Positions 37,119 through 46,996 are shown, counted from the stretch's first letter. The stretch: 64,000 bases of DNA from Planctomycetota bacterium (GCA_038212275.1 JBBQUR010000016.1:1-64000), one strand, 5' to 3'. Made by a program: numbers and translations. The notes: generated by a model not told the origin, from the letters alone.

Positions 37119-38993
37119 ATGAAGACCATCACACAGACTCTTCTCGCAGCTGGCAGCCTCGCTGCAGTGGCCGCAGTGCTTGGCGCGCTGTCGCTCCCCA
37201 CGAGTACGGCGGCTTTCACCGTCATCGGCGGCAGCCTCGGCACCGGCCAGCGCGACTTCCGCGTCTGGAACAATTTCACGGACACGCAGGCGAACAACAA
37301 CACGTCGCCTCACGTGAATTTCCCGGGCCAGACCGGCGCCGTCATGGCGATCTGGAAGGGCGCGGCCGAGTGGGCCAGCCAGCCTGTTGGCGGCACCGGC
37401 ACGGGTGACACGGGCGGCAGCAATCCCGTGATCGGAAGCGGCGGCGCCAACCTGGATCTCAACTTCCAGGGGCTCGCCTCGAGCGCCGGATCCACCAACC
37501 AGAACATCCACTCCGAGCTGTCAGGCAGCAGCGGTGGCGTCCTCGCGTTCACCGAGACGCCCATCAGCGACGGCTGGAGAATCCTCTACTACTCGTCGTG
37601 GACCTGGCAGGACGGTCCCGGCAGCGTGGGCTCGGGCATCGACCTGCAGGGCGTGGCCTGCCACGAGATCGGCCACTCCACGGGACTCGGCCACTCGAAC
37701 ACCGGGGGCGCGACGATGTTCGCATCCATCAGCGGCACGGGTGTCGGTCAGCGCTCGATCGAGGCGGACGACATCGCGGGCGTGCAGTCGATCTACGGTG
37801 TGAAGTCGGCCTCGAAGCCGACGATCACCTCGATTGCCGGCGACAAGAACATCGGCGCCAACCTGATCATCAACGGCACCAACTTCTCCGCGACCGGCGG
37901 CGAGGTCTGGTTCACCAGGACGGCCGCCGACGGCACTCCGGTGAAGGTCACGGGAGTGGCTTCCACGGGCGGCGGCACGCAGATCACGGTCACCATCCCG
38001 TCGGGGGTGATGGACGGCGAGGTCATGGTGAAGACGAGCGGGAGCGGCAACACCAGCCTCTCGAATGCCTTCCCGATCGATCTCGGCGCGCCGGCCGGCG
38101 ATCCGCCGAACGTGAGCTCGATCGTCCCGAACGTGGGTTCGATGGGCGGCTTCACGTCTGTCCAGATCCTCGGGACGGGCTTCACGGGCACGACGGCCGT
38201 GAAGTTCGACGGCGTGGATGCGATCTCGTTCACGGTAGACAGCAACGTCCAGATCTCGGCGGTCACGCCGCCTGGCACGCTGTTCGCCGCGGCGGACGTG
38301 CTCGTCGTCGATGGGGAGGGCAGCTCAACCCTTCCCACGGCGTTCATCTACACGTTCAACCCGCAGATTTCCGTCTCGACGGTGCTTCCGAACAGCGGTG
38401 CGCTCACGGGCGGCACGGAAGTCACGATCAGCGGGACCTCGGTGGTCGGCGCCAACACCGTCACGTTTGACGGCGTGCCCGGCATCAACGTGGAGGTCAT
38501 CAGTGCGACGAGCCTGACGGTCACGACCCCGGCGGGCCTCGCGGGTCCGGCGGACGTGGTCGTCAGCGGGAGCAGCATGTCGACGATCGTCGGCGGCTTC
38601 ACCTACGTCAACTTCGGAACCTTCACGGACGTCGGTCCGGGTTTCGGAAGCATCATCGGAGCACCCAGCATGACCGGCGCAGGCGATCTGACGCCCGGCA
38701 GCGGGACGGGCTTCACGCTGACCACGACGAACACCTTCCCGTTCTCGTTGGCGGCGACGTTCGTGAGCCTCAACCTGAGTGCCGTGCCCTTCAAGGGCGG
38801 CACGTTCTATCCGTTGCCGATCCTGCTCCAGATCGACCTCGTCACGGATTCGTCCGGCACGATCGTCCTGCCGGGGCAGATCCCGGTGGGCGTGCCGTCG
38901 GGCGCGAACGTGTACATGCAGACCCTGGTTTCGGACTTCCTCGCGCCCAAGGGCCTGAGTGGAAGCAATGCGCTGAGGCTCACGACGCCGTGA
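37119..38993 (+). CDS. Matrixin with IPT/TIG repeats and shared CTD, copy 2
   Basis: HEIGHSTGLGH, ATM Met-turn and DDIAGVQSIYG; colinear paralog of 34557..36437; AAGGA RBS. Confidence 0.92.
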   Translation: MKTITQTLLAAGSLAAVAAVLGALSLPTSTAAFTVIGGSLGTGQRDFRVWNNFTDTQANNNTSPHVNFPGQTGAVMAIWKGAAEWASQPVGGTGTGDTGGSNPVIGSGGANLDLNFQGLASSAGSTNQNIHSELSGSSGGVLAFTETPISDGWRILYYSSWTWQDGPGSVGSGIDLQGVACHEIGHSTGLGHSNTGGATMFASISGTGVGQRSIEADDIAGVQSIYGVKSASKPTITSIAGDKNIGANLIINGTNFSATGGEVWFTRTAADGTPVKVTGVASTGGGTQITVTIPSGVMDGEVMVKTSGSGNTSLSNAFPIDLGAPAGDPPNVSSIVPNVGSMGGFTSVQILGTGFTGTTAVKFDGVDAISFTVDSNVQISAVTPPGTLFAAADVLVVDGEGSSTLPTAFIYTFNPQISVSTVLPNSGALTGGTEVTISGTSVVGANTVTFDGVPGINVEVISATSLTVTTPAGLAGPADVVVSGSSMSTIVGGFTYVNFGTFTDVGPGFGSIIGAPSMTGAGDLTPGSGTGFTLTTTNTFPFSLAATFVSLNLSAVPFKGGTFYPLPILLQIDLVTDSSGTIVLPGQIPVGVPSGANVYMQTLVSDFLAPKGLSGSNALRLTTP

Positions 38994-39047
38994 TGGCGTC
39001 GTGATCCGGGAGTCCCGCGCGCCCCGGGCGCGTCGGACTGCCAGTGG

Positions 39048-39085
39048 GCGAGGCCCGTCCTTCCTGAGGGAAGGGCGGGCCTCGC
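39048..39085 (+). terminator. Strong 17-bp hairpin after matrixin 2 (putative terminator, no U-tract)
   Basis: gcgaggcccgtccttcc-tgag-ggaagggcgggcctcgc, with one G:U pair. Confidence 0.55.
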
Positions 39086-39223
39086 TCCATGTCGGGGCTC
39101 GTCGCGGCACATGCACGGGGCTACGCACGGGACACGCACGTCGTGCGCCGGACATCGGCGCACGCAGCGCCCGGTGAAGTGCTTGCGCGCCCCTTGCTGC
39201 ACGCACGCAGCAGGCCTGCCGCC

Positions 39224-39251
39224 TTGCACGGGAAGTGCCAATCCCTATAGT
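39224..39251 (+). promoter_or_regulatory. Putative sigma70 promoter of the nuo operon
   Basis: TTGCAC-N16-TATAGT, 34 nt upstream of the nuoA GTG. Confidence 0.55.
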
Positions 39252-39285
39252 GCCGGCTGCGTCCGGACCCCGCGCGGAGAACTCC

Positions 39286-39681
39286 GTGTTCCTGAGCTAC
39301 CACGCCGTTCTCGTGTTCCTGATCACGGGCATGGCCATGGTGTGTACGCCGATGATTCTCGGCGTGCTCTTCCGCCCGCGGAATCCCTACCCGGCGAAGA
39401 CCATGGCCTACGAATGCGCCGAGGATCCGGTGGGCGACGCCCAGATCCGCTTCGACATGCGCTTCTACTCGGCCGCGCTGATTTTCATCATTTTTGACGT
39501 GGAAATCGCCTTCATGTTCCCTTGGGCGCTTGTCTTCCAAGGCTTCCATGACCGCTGGCTGGCACTCGCGGAAGGGGTGGCGTTCATCGCGATCCTCTTC
39601 CTCGGCCTGGTCTACGTCTGGGTCAAGGGCGACGTGGACTGGGTCAAGACCTTCCGCCACCGTCGACGGGTGCAGGGCTGA
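39286..39681 (+). CDS. nuoA: Complex I subunit A
   Basis: K...YECAEDP, RFY..ALIFIIFDVE.AFMFPW; GGAGA RBS before GTG. Confidence 0.95.
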   Translation: MFLSYHAVLVFLITGMAMVCTPMILGVLFRPRNPYPAKTMAYECAEDPVGDAQIRFDMRFYSAALIFIIFDVEIAFMFPWALVFQGFHDRWLALAEGVAFIAILFLGLVYVWVKGDVDWVKTFRHRRRVQG

Positions 39682-39684
39682 GCC

Positions 39685-40209
39685 ATGGGCATTCTGAACA
39701 ACGCGCTTCCTGACATCGCACCGGTCCGCGCCGTGGATGCGGCCGTCGGCTGGGGACGCGGCTCGTCGCTGTGGCCGATGACCTTCGGCATCGCGTGCTG
39801 CGCCATCGAGATGATGGCCGTGTACGCGGCCACCTTCGACCTCGATCGCTTCGGAGCCGGCGTGCCGCGCGCAACACCGCGCCAGAGCGACCTCATCATC
39901 GTGCCGGGCACCGTGAACGCCAAGATGGCCGTGCGCGTGCGCCGCCTCTGGGACCAGATGGCCGAGCCGCGCTACGTGATCGCGATGGGAGCGTGCGTGT
40001 GCGGCGGCGGACCTTATGTGAAGTGGGGCTACAACACGGTGAAGGGCGTCCACAAGATCATTCCCGTCGACATCTTCGTGCCCGGCTGCCCGCCGCGCCC
40101 CGAAGCACTGATGGATGGCATCCTCAAACTGCGCGAGAACGTCACGCGCGAGGCGGTCTTCGCGCGCCGTGAAGCCACGGCGCGGATCCTGGACGCCCGC
40201 GGCGGCTGA
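39685..40209 (+). CDS. nuoB: Complex I subunit B
   Basis: [27 protein letters not shown] and [16 protein letters not shown]. Confidence 0.97.
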   Translation: MGILNNALPDIAPVRAVDAAVGWGRGSSLWPMTFGIACCAIEMMAVYAATFDLDRFGAGVPRATPRQSDLIIVPGTVNAKMAVRVRRLWDQMAEPRYVIAMGACVCGGGPYVKWGYNTVKGVHKIIPVDIFVPGCPPRPEALMDGILKLRENVTREAVFARREATARILDARGG

Positions 40210-40216
40210 TCGCGCA

Positions 40217-40921
40217 ATGAACGAACAACAGCTGCACGCCAAACTGCTGGCCTCCGGCCTGCCCGGGATAGGGGAGCTGGACACGTCCGCGAGGGATCCG
40301 TTCGTCCGCGTGGACGCCGGCTCGATCGTCGCCGTGTTGACCTTCCTGCGCGACGACCACGATTGCCGCATGGAGATGCTGCACAACCTGACCGCCGTGG
40401 AGCGGCCCGACGCGATCGAGCTCGTCTACCACGTGTGTTCGCTGGCGCGTCACCACGCGCTCACCGTGAAACTGAGCTGCCCGCGCCCGGATGGTGGCAA
40501 TCACGACACGTGGATCCCCGAGGTGCCGTCCGTGGCCGGCGTGTACAGCGCCGCCAACTGGCACGAGCGCGAGCAATGGGATCTCCTGGGCGTGCGCTTC
40601 GCGGGCCATCCCGACCACAGGCGCATCCTGCTGCCCGAGGAATGGATCGGCCACCCGCTCCGCAAGGACTACGTCTACCCGACGTGGCACGACGGCATCC
40701 CGCTCGAGCTCGATGCGATCCCGCTGTACGAGCCGGGTGGCGGGCAGGCTGCGGCCGAGGCTGCGGCGGCGTCGGCTGCCGGTGCGGCGGGTGCCGCCGC
40801 CAAAGCTCCGCGCAAGGCGGGTGAGCCGCTGTTCCAGCCGCCGGCGCCGCTGAGCACGCGTCCGCTCGCGCCGGGCGGCAAGACGACGGACACGCCCGCG
40901 TCCGAGCTGGGGTCGCACTGA
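40217..40921 (+). CDS. nuoC: Complex I subunit C with Ala/Pro-rich C-tail
   Basis: ANWHEREQWDLLG..F.GHPD.RRILLP and GHPLRKDY. Confidence 0.94.
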   Translation: MNEQQLHAKLLASGLPGIGELDTSARDPFVRVDAGSIVAVLTFLRDDHDCRMEMLHNLTAVERPDAIELVYHVCSLARHHALTVKLSCPRPDGGNHDTWIPEVPSVAGVYSAANWHEREQWDLLGVRFAGHPDHRRILLPEEWIGHPLRKDYVYPTWHDGIPLELDAIPLYEPGGGQAAAEAAAASAAGAAGAAAKAPRKAGEPLFQPPAPLSTRPLAPGGKTTDTPASELGSH

Positions 40922-42090
40922 TGGAAGCGCTCGAACTCTACGCGGTGGATGACCGCGCCGACGTTTACACCGAGGAGCTCAAGCTCAACCTCGGCCCGCA
41001 GCATCCGTCCACGCACGGCGTGCTGCGCGTGGAGTTGCGCCTGGACGGCGAGATCATCACCGCCGCGCGCTGCGACATCGGCTACCTGCACCGCTGCGCC
41101 GAGAAGATCGGCGAAAACGTCAGCTACCTGCAGTTCACGCCGTACACCGACCGCATGGACTACCTCTCGTCCATGAACAACAACCTGGCGTGGAGCCTCA
41201 CGGTCGAGAAGCTGCTTGGCGTGGAGGCGCCGCCGCGCGCGCAGTGGTTGCGCGTGATCATGGCCGAGCTCAACCGCATCGCGAGCCACCTCATCGCCTT
41301 CGGCACCTACGGCATCGACATGGGCGCGGCGACGCCCTTCTTCTACGCGTTCCGCGAGCGCGAAAGCATCATGGCGCTGCTCGAGCGGCCCTCCGGCGCG
41401 CGCATGCTCTACAACTACATCCGCCCGGGCGGCGTGGCGCACGACATCGACGAACGCTGGCTGCCCGACGTCCTCGCCTTCTGCGACGAGTTCGAGAAGC
41501 GCTGGGCCGAATACAACACGCTGCTCACGACGAACAAGATCTTCATCGAGCGCACGAAGAACATCGGCGTGATCCCGAGGCAGATGGCGCTCGATTACGG
41601 CCTCACCGGCCCGGTGCTGCGAGGCTCCGGCGTGAAGTGGGACCTGCGACGCGACGTCCCCTACCTGAAGCCCTACGACGAGATCGAGTTCGACATCCCG
41701 GTCGGTGAGGGCACGCACGGCACGCTGGGCGACTGCTGGGACCGCTACTGGGTGCGCATGCTCGAGATGATGGAGTCCATCCGCATCATCCGGCAGGCGG
41801 CCGTGCGCGTGCCGACGGGCGACTTCGTCGAGAAGGCGATGCTCAAGATGTACAAGTCGCCGCTCAAGCCGGCGGCAGGCGAGGCCTACATGCGCTGCGA
41901 GAACCCGCGCGGCGAGCTGGGCTTCTACGTCGTGTCGGCCGGCGGCGCCTCGCCGATCCGCTGCCGCGCGCGCGGCCCGAGCTTCTGCAACCTGTCGGTG
42001 CTCGACGCGCTGCTGCCCGGCTGCATGATCGCCGACGGCGTGGCGATCATCGGCTCGCTGGACATCGTGCTCGGCGAGGTGGACCGCTAG
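40921..42090 (+). CDS. nuoD: Complex I subunit D
   Basis: NLGPQHPSTHGVLR, IGYLHR..EK, DRMDY, ENPRGELG and DIVLGEVDR. Confidence 0.97.
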   Translation: MEALELYAVDDRADVYTEELKLNLGPQHPSTHGVLRVELRLDGEIITAARCDIGYLHRCAEKIGENVSYLQFTPYTDRMDYLSSMNNNLAWSLTVEKLLGVEAPPRAQWLRVIMAELNRIASHLIAFGTYGIDMGAATPFFYAFRERESIMALLERPSGARMLYNYIRPGGVAHDIDERWLPDVLAFCDEFEKRWAEYNTLLTTNKIFIERTKNIGVIPRQMALDYGLTGPVLRGSGVKWDLRRDVPYLKPYDEIEFDIPVGEGTHGTLGDCWDRYWVRMLEMMESIRIIRQAAVRVPTGDFVEKAMLKMYKSPLKPAAGEAYMRCENPRGELGFYVVSAGGASPIRCRARGPSFCNLSVLDALLPGCMIADGVAIIGSLDIVLGEVDR

Positions 42091-42093
42091 GCG

Positions 42094-43158
42094 ATGGAGA
42101 CGCTCATCCGCTTCTTCAGCGACCTCTTCCACCTCAGCCCCGACGGCGTCCTGCCGCTCACGCTGGCGTACTCGGTGTGCATCGGCAGCCTGCTGGGCTT
42201 CATCACGGTCTACGCGATGTTCGCGATCTGGATGGAGCGCAAGGTGGCCGCGCACATCCAGATCCGCTACGGACCGATGGAAGTGGGCGGCTGGCACGGC
42301 TGGGCGCAGTCCATCGCGGACGCGGTCAAGCTGCTGTTCAAGGAAGACCTGATTCCGGACGGCGCCAACAAATTCATGTTCTGGATCGCGCCGGCGGTCG
42401 TGTTCTGCGGCGTGTTCTCCGGCTTCATCGCGATTCCGTTCGCGCTCGGCGTCCAGATCGTCGACATCCACCTCGGCCTCTTCTTCATCGTGTGCATCGC
42501 CTCGGTGGAGGTGGTGGGCGTGATCATGGCCGGCTGGGCGAGCAACAGTAAGTACTCGCTCTTCGGGGCCGTGCGCGAGGCGGCGCAGGTCGTGTCCTAC
42601 GAGGTGCCGGCGGCGGTCGCGCTGCTCGTGCCGATCCTCATCGTGGGCAGCTTCCGCCTCGGCGACTTCAACGCGTGGCAGGAAGAGCACGGCTGGCTCG
42701 TGTTCCACAACCCGTTCGTCATCGTCGCGGCGCTGATCTACTTCATCGCGTCGCTGGCGGGCTGCAAGCGTGCGCCCTTCGACCTGCCCGAGGCGGAGTC
42801 GGAACTCGTGTCGGGCTTCCACACCGAGTATTCGGGCATGCGCTTCTCCTTCTTCTTCCTGGAGGAATACGCGTCCATGTTCGTGGCCGCGGCGCTCGTC
42901 GCGACGCTGTTCCTCGGCGGATGGACGCTGCCCTTCGTGAACGTGTCGGCGTGGCCGGTCCCGTTCGGCATCGTGATCCTGCTCGCGAAGATCTTCGCCG
43001 TGATCTTCCTGCAGATGCTGCTGCGCTGGACCCTGCCGCGCCTGCGCATCGACCAGGTGATGGCCATGGGCTACAAGTACCTGCTGCCGTGGGGCATGCT
43101 GTGTGTCGTCGGCACCGCGCTCTTCGAGACCATGGGGTGGAGGTGGCTGCCTCTCTGA
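42094..43158 (+). CDS. nuoH: Complex I subunit H
   Basis: ERKV.A.IQ.R.GP, ADAVKLLFKED, SYE, PFDLPEAESELVSGFHTEYSG and PRLRIDQ. Confidence 0.97.
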   Translation: METLIRFFSDLFHLSPDGVLPLTLAYSVCIGSLLGFITVYAMFAIWMERKVAAHIQIRYGPMEVGGWHGWAQSIADAVKLLFKEDLIPDGANKFMFWIAPAVVFCGVFSGFIAIPFALGVQIVDIHLGLFFIVCIASVEVVGVIMAGWASNSKYSLFGAVREAAQVVSYEVPAAVALLVPILIVGSFRLGDFNAWQEEHGWLVFHNPFVIVAALIYFIASLAGCKRAPFDLPEAESELVSGFHTEYSGMRFSFFFLEEYASMFVAAALVATLFLGGWTLPFVNVSAWPVPFGIVILLAKIFAVIFLQMLLRWTLPRLRIDQVMAMGYKYLLPWGMLCVVGTALFETMGWRWLPL

Positions 43159-43173
43159 GGGCGCCAGACACGC

Positions 43174-43902
43174 ATGAGCGGCATCCGCGAATACTTCGGC
43201 AACATCAGCGACGCGCTGACCAGCACGGTGAAGGGCATGGGCATCACCATGCAGCACTTCGTGAAGGAGCCGCCGATCACGGTGCAGTTCCCGCACGAGC
43301 GGCTTCCGCTGCCGCCCAGCTACAAGGGCATCCACATCCTCGAGCAGGACAAGTGCATCGACTGCAAGCTCTGCGCGAAGGCCTGCCCGGTGGACTGCAT
43401 CGAGATCGAGGCCGTCCACCACGGCCGGGTGCTCGAGTGGCAGAAGTTCACGATCGACTACAAGAAGTGCATCTTCTGCGAATTCTGCATCCCGCCCTGC
43501 CCCAAGAACTGCATCCACATGACCTCGGAGTTCGAGGTCGCGACCGACGATCCCTCGACGATGATCGAGGACCTGCTCACGTGGACGGGCCTGCGACTCG
43601 AGGACCGCCGCGCGATCGACGCGTCCGAGGCCAAGCGCGCGGGCAAGACCGTGGTCGAGCCGAAGAACGGCGGCCCGGCGCCCGGCAATCCGGCGCCGAG
43701 CGGCACCGAGTTCACTTCGAAGCACGCGGCCGGAAGCTGGGGCGCGCCGGGCGGCGCTCCCCCCAGGCCTGACGCGGCGCCGGGTGCTGCGGGCGCCCCG
43801 AAGCCCGCCGCCGCAACGGCCGCGAGCGGTGGCGCCGACAGCCTTGCCGCGAAGACCGCCGCCATTCGAGCCAAGCTCGCCGCTGCCAAGGGTGCGGGCT
43901 GA
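43174..43902 (+). CDS. nuoI: Complex I subunit I (2x[4Fe-4S]) with C-terminal extension
   Basis: CIDCKLCAKACP and CIFCEFCIPPCP. Confidence 0.95.
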   Translation: MSGIREYFGNISDALTSTVKGMGITMQHFVKEPPITVQFPHERLPLPPSYKGIHILEQDKCIDCKLCAKACPVDCIEIEAVHHGRVLEWQKFTIDYKKCIFCEFCIPPCPKNCIHMTSEFEVATDDPSTMIEDLLTWTGLRLEDRRAIDASEAKRAGKTVVEPKNGGPAPGNPAPSGTEFTSKHAAGSWGAPGGAPPRPDAAPGAAGAPKPAAATAASGGADSLAAKTAAIRAKLAAAKGAG

Positions 43903-44411
43903 TGCTCGACTTCATGTTCTTCGTCTTCGCCGGGCTGGCGGTGGTGGGCGGGCTGCTCGTCGCCTTCCACCGCAACATCGTGCACAGCGCCTTTGCGCTC
44001 GTCGCCGCGTTGTTCGGCGTGGCCGGGCTCTACTGGACGCTGGGCGCGGACTTCCTCGGCGCCACGCAGGTGCTGCTCTACGTCGGCGGCGTCACGGTGC
44101 TGCTGCTGTTCGCGGTCATGCTGACCACGCGCGACAGCACGCGCGTGTCGATCGGGCGCAACATCCTGGTCGCGCCGATCGTGGGCCTGCTCTTCCTCTA
44201 CGTCTGGCAGGCATGCCAGGGCGTCGTTCAGATCGTGAGCGGCACCGGCACGGTGGTGACGGAGGACGTCGCGCCGACGACCGGCACCATCGGCACGATG
44301 TTCCTGCAGCGCGACCAGTACCTGCTGCCCTTCGAGGCGATCTCGGTGCTGCTGCTCATCGTGCTCGTCGGCGCCGTGACACTCGCCCGCCGCGGACAGG
44401 AGGCTCCATGA
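43902..44411 (+). CDS. nuoJ: Complex I subunit J
   Basis: NIVHSA, QVLLYVGG..VL.LFAVML and YLLPFE.ISVLLL. Confidence 0.95.
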   Translation: MLDFMFFVFAGLAVVGGLLVAFHRNIVHSAFALVAALFGVAGLYWTLGADFLGATQVLLYVGGVTVLLLFAVMLTTRDSTRVSIGRNILVAPIVGLLFLYVWQACQGVVQIVSGTGTVVTEDVAPTTGTIGTMFLQRDQYLLPFEAISVLLLIVLVGAVTLARRGQEAP

Positions 44412-44875
44412 CGCTTCTGCTCACGCTGATGGCTCAGGCCTCGGAGGCCGGCGGTCATGCGGCCGCCGCCGGAATGCAGGCGGTCGCGGGCGCTGCCGCG
44501 GCCGGTGCACACGGCGCCGCTGCCGACGGCGCTTCGGCGGGCGCGCAGGCTGTCGTCATCACGGGCCACGCCGGCCAGCTCACCAGCTACATCGCGGTCT
44601 CGTGCGTCCTCTTCGCGCTCGGCATCGCCACGATCCTCACGCGGCGCAACGTGCTGTACGTGCTCATGGGCGTCGAGCTGATCCTGAATGCGGCCAACCT
44701 GAACTTCGTCGCCTTCGCGCGCTTCGGCGGCTACGGCATGGACGGCCAGATGGTGGCGCTCTTCGTGGTGATCCTCGCGGCGGCGGAGGCGGCCATCGCG
44801 CTCGCCATCGTGCTGCGCATCTTCCACGACTTCGGCAGCATCGACATCACGCGCACCGACAGCTTGCGGGACTGA
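44408..44875 (+). CDS. nuoK: Complex I subunit K with Ala/Gly-rich N-terminal extension
   Basis: RRN...LMGVELILNAANLNF and AAAEAAIALAI; ATGA overlap with nuoJ. Confidence 0.93.
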   Translation: MTLLLTLMAQASEAGGHAAAAGMQAVAGAAAAGAHGAAADGASAGAQAVVITGHAGQLTSYIAVSCVLFALGIATILTRRNVLYVLMGVELILNAANLNFVAFARFGGYGMDGQMVALFVVILAAAEAAIALAIVLRIFHDFGSIDITRTDSLRD

Positions 44876-44885
44876 TCGGAGAACG

Positions 44886-46988
44886 ATGCAGAACCTCACG
44901 CTCCTCTGGATGTGCCTCGGGATCTTCCTGATCCCGTTCGCCTGCTCCGTCACCCTGATCTTCTTCGGGCGCAAGCTGCCGCGCGGCGGCGACTGGCTGG
45001 CGACGGCCGGGATCGTGAGCTGCGCAGTCATCGCGCTGACGCTGTTCTTCAAGTACATCGTCGGCGTGCACGAAGCGGGCTGGCACTGGGCCTCGGCCGA
45101 GCACGGACTGTCGTGGAACTGGATCACGCTGCTCGACTTCAAGCTGTCGGTCGGTGTCTGGCTCGACAACATGACCATCATCATGCTGACGATGGTCACG
45201 GTGGTGGGAAGCTGCATCTTCTTCTTCAGCCAGGGCTACATGCACGGCGACCGCGACTACCCGCGGTTCTTCGCCTACCTGAGCTACTTCTGCTTCGCGA
45301 TGCTCGGGCTGATCGTCTCGGACAACCTGCTCTTCCTGTTCATCTTCTGGGAGCTCGTCGGTGTCGGGTCCTACCTGCTCATCGGCTTCTTCTACGACCA
45401 GGTCGAGCCGCCGAAGGCCAGCCTCAAGGCCTTCATGGTCAACCGCATCGGCGACGTGCTCTTCCTGCTGGGCATCGTCCTGGCGTGGCAGCTCTTCGGC
45501 ACGCTGAACTACCACGAGCTCTTCGAGCGCCTCGCCGCCGGCCAGTTCGCGGACCAGGCCACGCGAGCCTTCCCCTCGCTGTCCAACCACGCGATCCTCA
45601 CGCTCTCCGGCGTGCTCATCTTCTGCGGCGCGGTCAGCAAGTCCGCGCAGGTGCCGCTGCACACGTGGCTGCCTGACGCGATGGCCGGCCCGACGCCGGT
45701 GTCCGCGCTCATCCACGCGGCGACGATGGTCGCGGCCGGCGTGTTCATGGTCGGGCGCATGTATCCGTACTTCACGCCCGAGGCGCTGGGCGTCATCGCG
45801 ATCGTCGGCTCGATCACCGCGCTTCTGGGCGCGACGATGGGCCTCGTCGCGTGGGACATCAAGAAGGTGCTCGCCTTCTCCACCATGAGCCAGCTCGGCT
45901 ACATGATGCTGGCCCTCGGTGTGGGCGGCTTCGTGGCGGGCCTCTTCCACCTCATCACGCACGCCTTCTTCAAGGCCTGCCTGTTCCTCGGCAGCGGCTC
46001 GGTGATCCACGCCGTGCACACGCAGGACATGCGCGAGATGGGCGGCCTGAAGAAGAAGCTGCCCGTCACGTACTGGACCTTCCTGATCGCCACGCTGGCG
46101 CTGGCCGGCGTGCCGTGCTTCGCGGGGTACTACAGCAAGGACCAGATCGTCGCCAACGCGCTTGCCTGGGGTGTTGAAGATCCGCAGGTGCTGCGCTTCA
46201 TTCCGGTGATCTTCGCCGCCGTCGGCGCATTCATGACCACCTTCTACATGCTGCGGCTGGTCTTCCTGACCTTCCACGGCGCGCCGCGCGACCAGCACAA
46301 GTATGAACACGCGCACGAGTCGCCGCCGGTCATGGCCCTGCCGCTGGTGCTGCTCGCGAGCTTCGCCCTGCTGGGCGGCGGAACGATTCACCCGCTGCCG
46401 CACAGCGAGCACCTCTGGTTCAACACGCTCGTCGTGAAGCCCGAGTCCGCCGCCGAGAAGGGCCTGCACCTGTACGACGACGAGCAGCAGGTCGAGATGG
46501 AGGCGCACCGCGAACATGCGCTGCACCAGTCCCACCTCCCGGCCGTCGGCATCTCGCTGCTTGCCATCCTGGCCGGCTGGCTGCTGGCCCGTGCGATGTA
46601 TCTCAAGCGCAGCGCCGATCCGGCCGCCATGGCAGCGCGCTTCGGCGTGCTCTACGAGGCGGCCGTCCACCGGTACTGGTTCGACGAGATGTATGCGCAG
46701 GGCATCGTCGCCAACCTGCAACGCCTCAACCGTGCGCTGGCGACCTTCGACCGACGCGTCGTGGACGGCGTCGTGAACGCGACGGGCCTGATCGCGCGCG
46801 CCATCGCCTTCGTCTCCGGCCTCTTCGACAAGTACGTCATCGACGGTGCGGTGAACTTCTGGCGCTGGTTCGTGCGCACGCTGTCGGGCGTGTTCCGCCT
46901 GGCGCAGACCGGCAACGCCCGCGATTACCTGACCTGGACCCTGCTGTCCGTGCTGATTCTTGCCATCTACCTGGCGCAAGGTCACTGA
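44886..46988 (+). CDS. nuoL: Complex I subunit L
   Basis: WELVG, KAF.VNRIGD, KSAQ.PLHTWLPDAMAGPTPVSALIHAATMV, HAFFKA and lateral helix ending QTG. Confidence 0.97.
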   Translation: MQNLTLLWMCLGIFLIPFACSVTLIFFGRKLPRGGDWLATAGIVSCAVIALTLFFKYIVGVHEAGWHWASAEHGLSWNWITLLDFKLSVGVWLDNMTIIMLTMVTVVGSCIFFFSQGYMHGDRDYPRFFAYLSYFCFAMLGLIVSDNLLFLFIFWELVGVGSYLLIGFFYDQVEPPKASLKAFMVNRIGDVLFLLGIVLAWQLFGTLNYHELFERLAAGQFADQATRAFPSLSNHAILTLSGVLIFCGAVSKSAQVPLHTWLPDAMAGPTPVSALIHAATMVAAGVFMVGRMYPYFTPEALGVIAIVGSITALLGATMGLVAWDIKKVLAFSTMSQLGYMMLALGVGGFVAGLFHLITHAFFKACLFLGSGSVIHAVHTQDMREMGGLKKKLPVTYWTFLIATLALAGVPCFAGYYSKDQIVANALAWGVEDPQVLRFIPVIFAAVGAFMTTFYMLRLVFLTFHGAPRDQHKYEHAHESPPVMALPLVLLASFALLGGGTIHPLPHSEHLWFNTLVVKPESAAEKGLHLYDDEQQVEMEAHREHALHQSHLPAVGISLLAILAGWLLARAMYLKRSADPAAMAARFGVLYEAAVHRYWFDEMYAQGIVANLQRLNRALATFDRRVVDGVVNATGLIARAIAFVSGLFDKYVIDGAVNFWRWFVRTLSGVFRLAQTGNARDYLTWTLLSVLILAIYLAQGH

Positions 46989-46996
46989 GGAATCCC

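Noticed and set aside
40921..42090. NuoD as a group 4 [NiFe]-hydrogenase large subunit
   Set aside because: No N- or C-terminal CxxC nickel ligands (RMDY and DIVLGEVDR instead); quinone-site His and Tyr residues are present.
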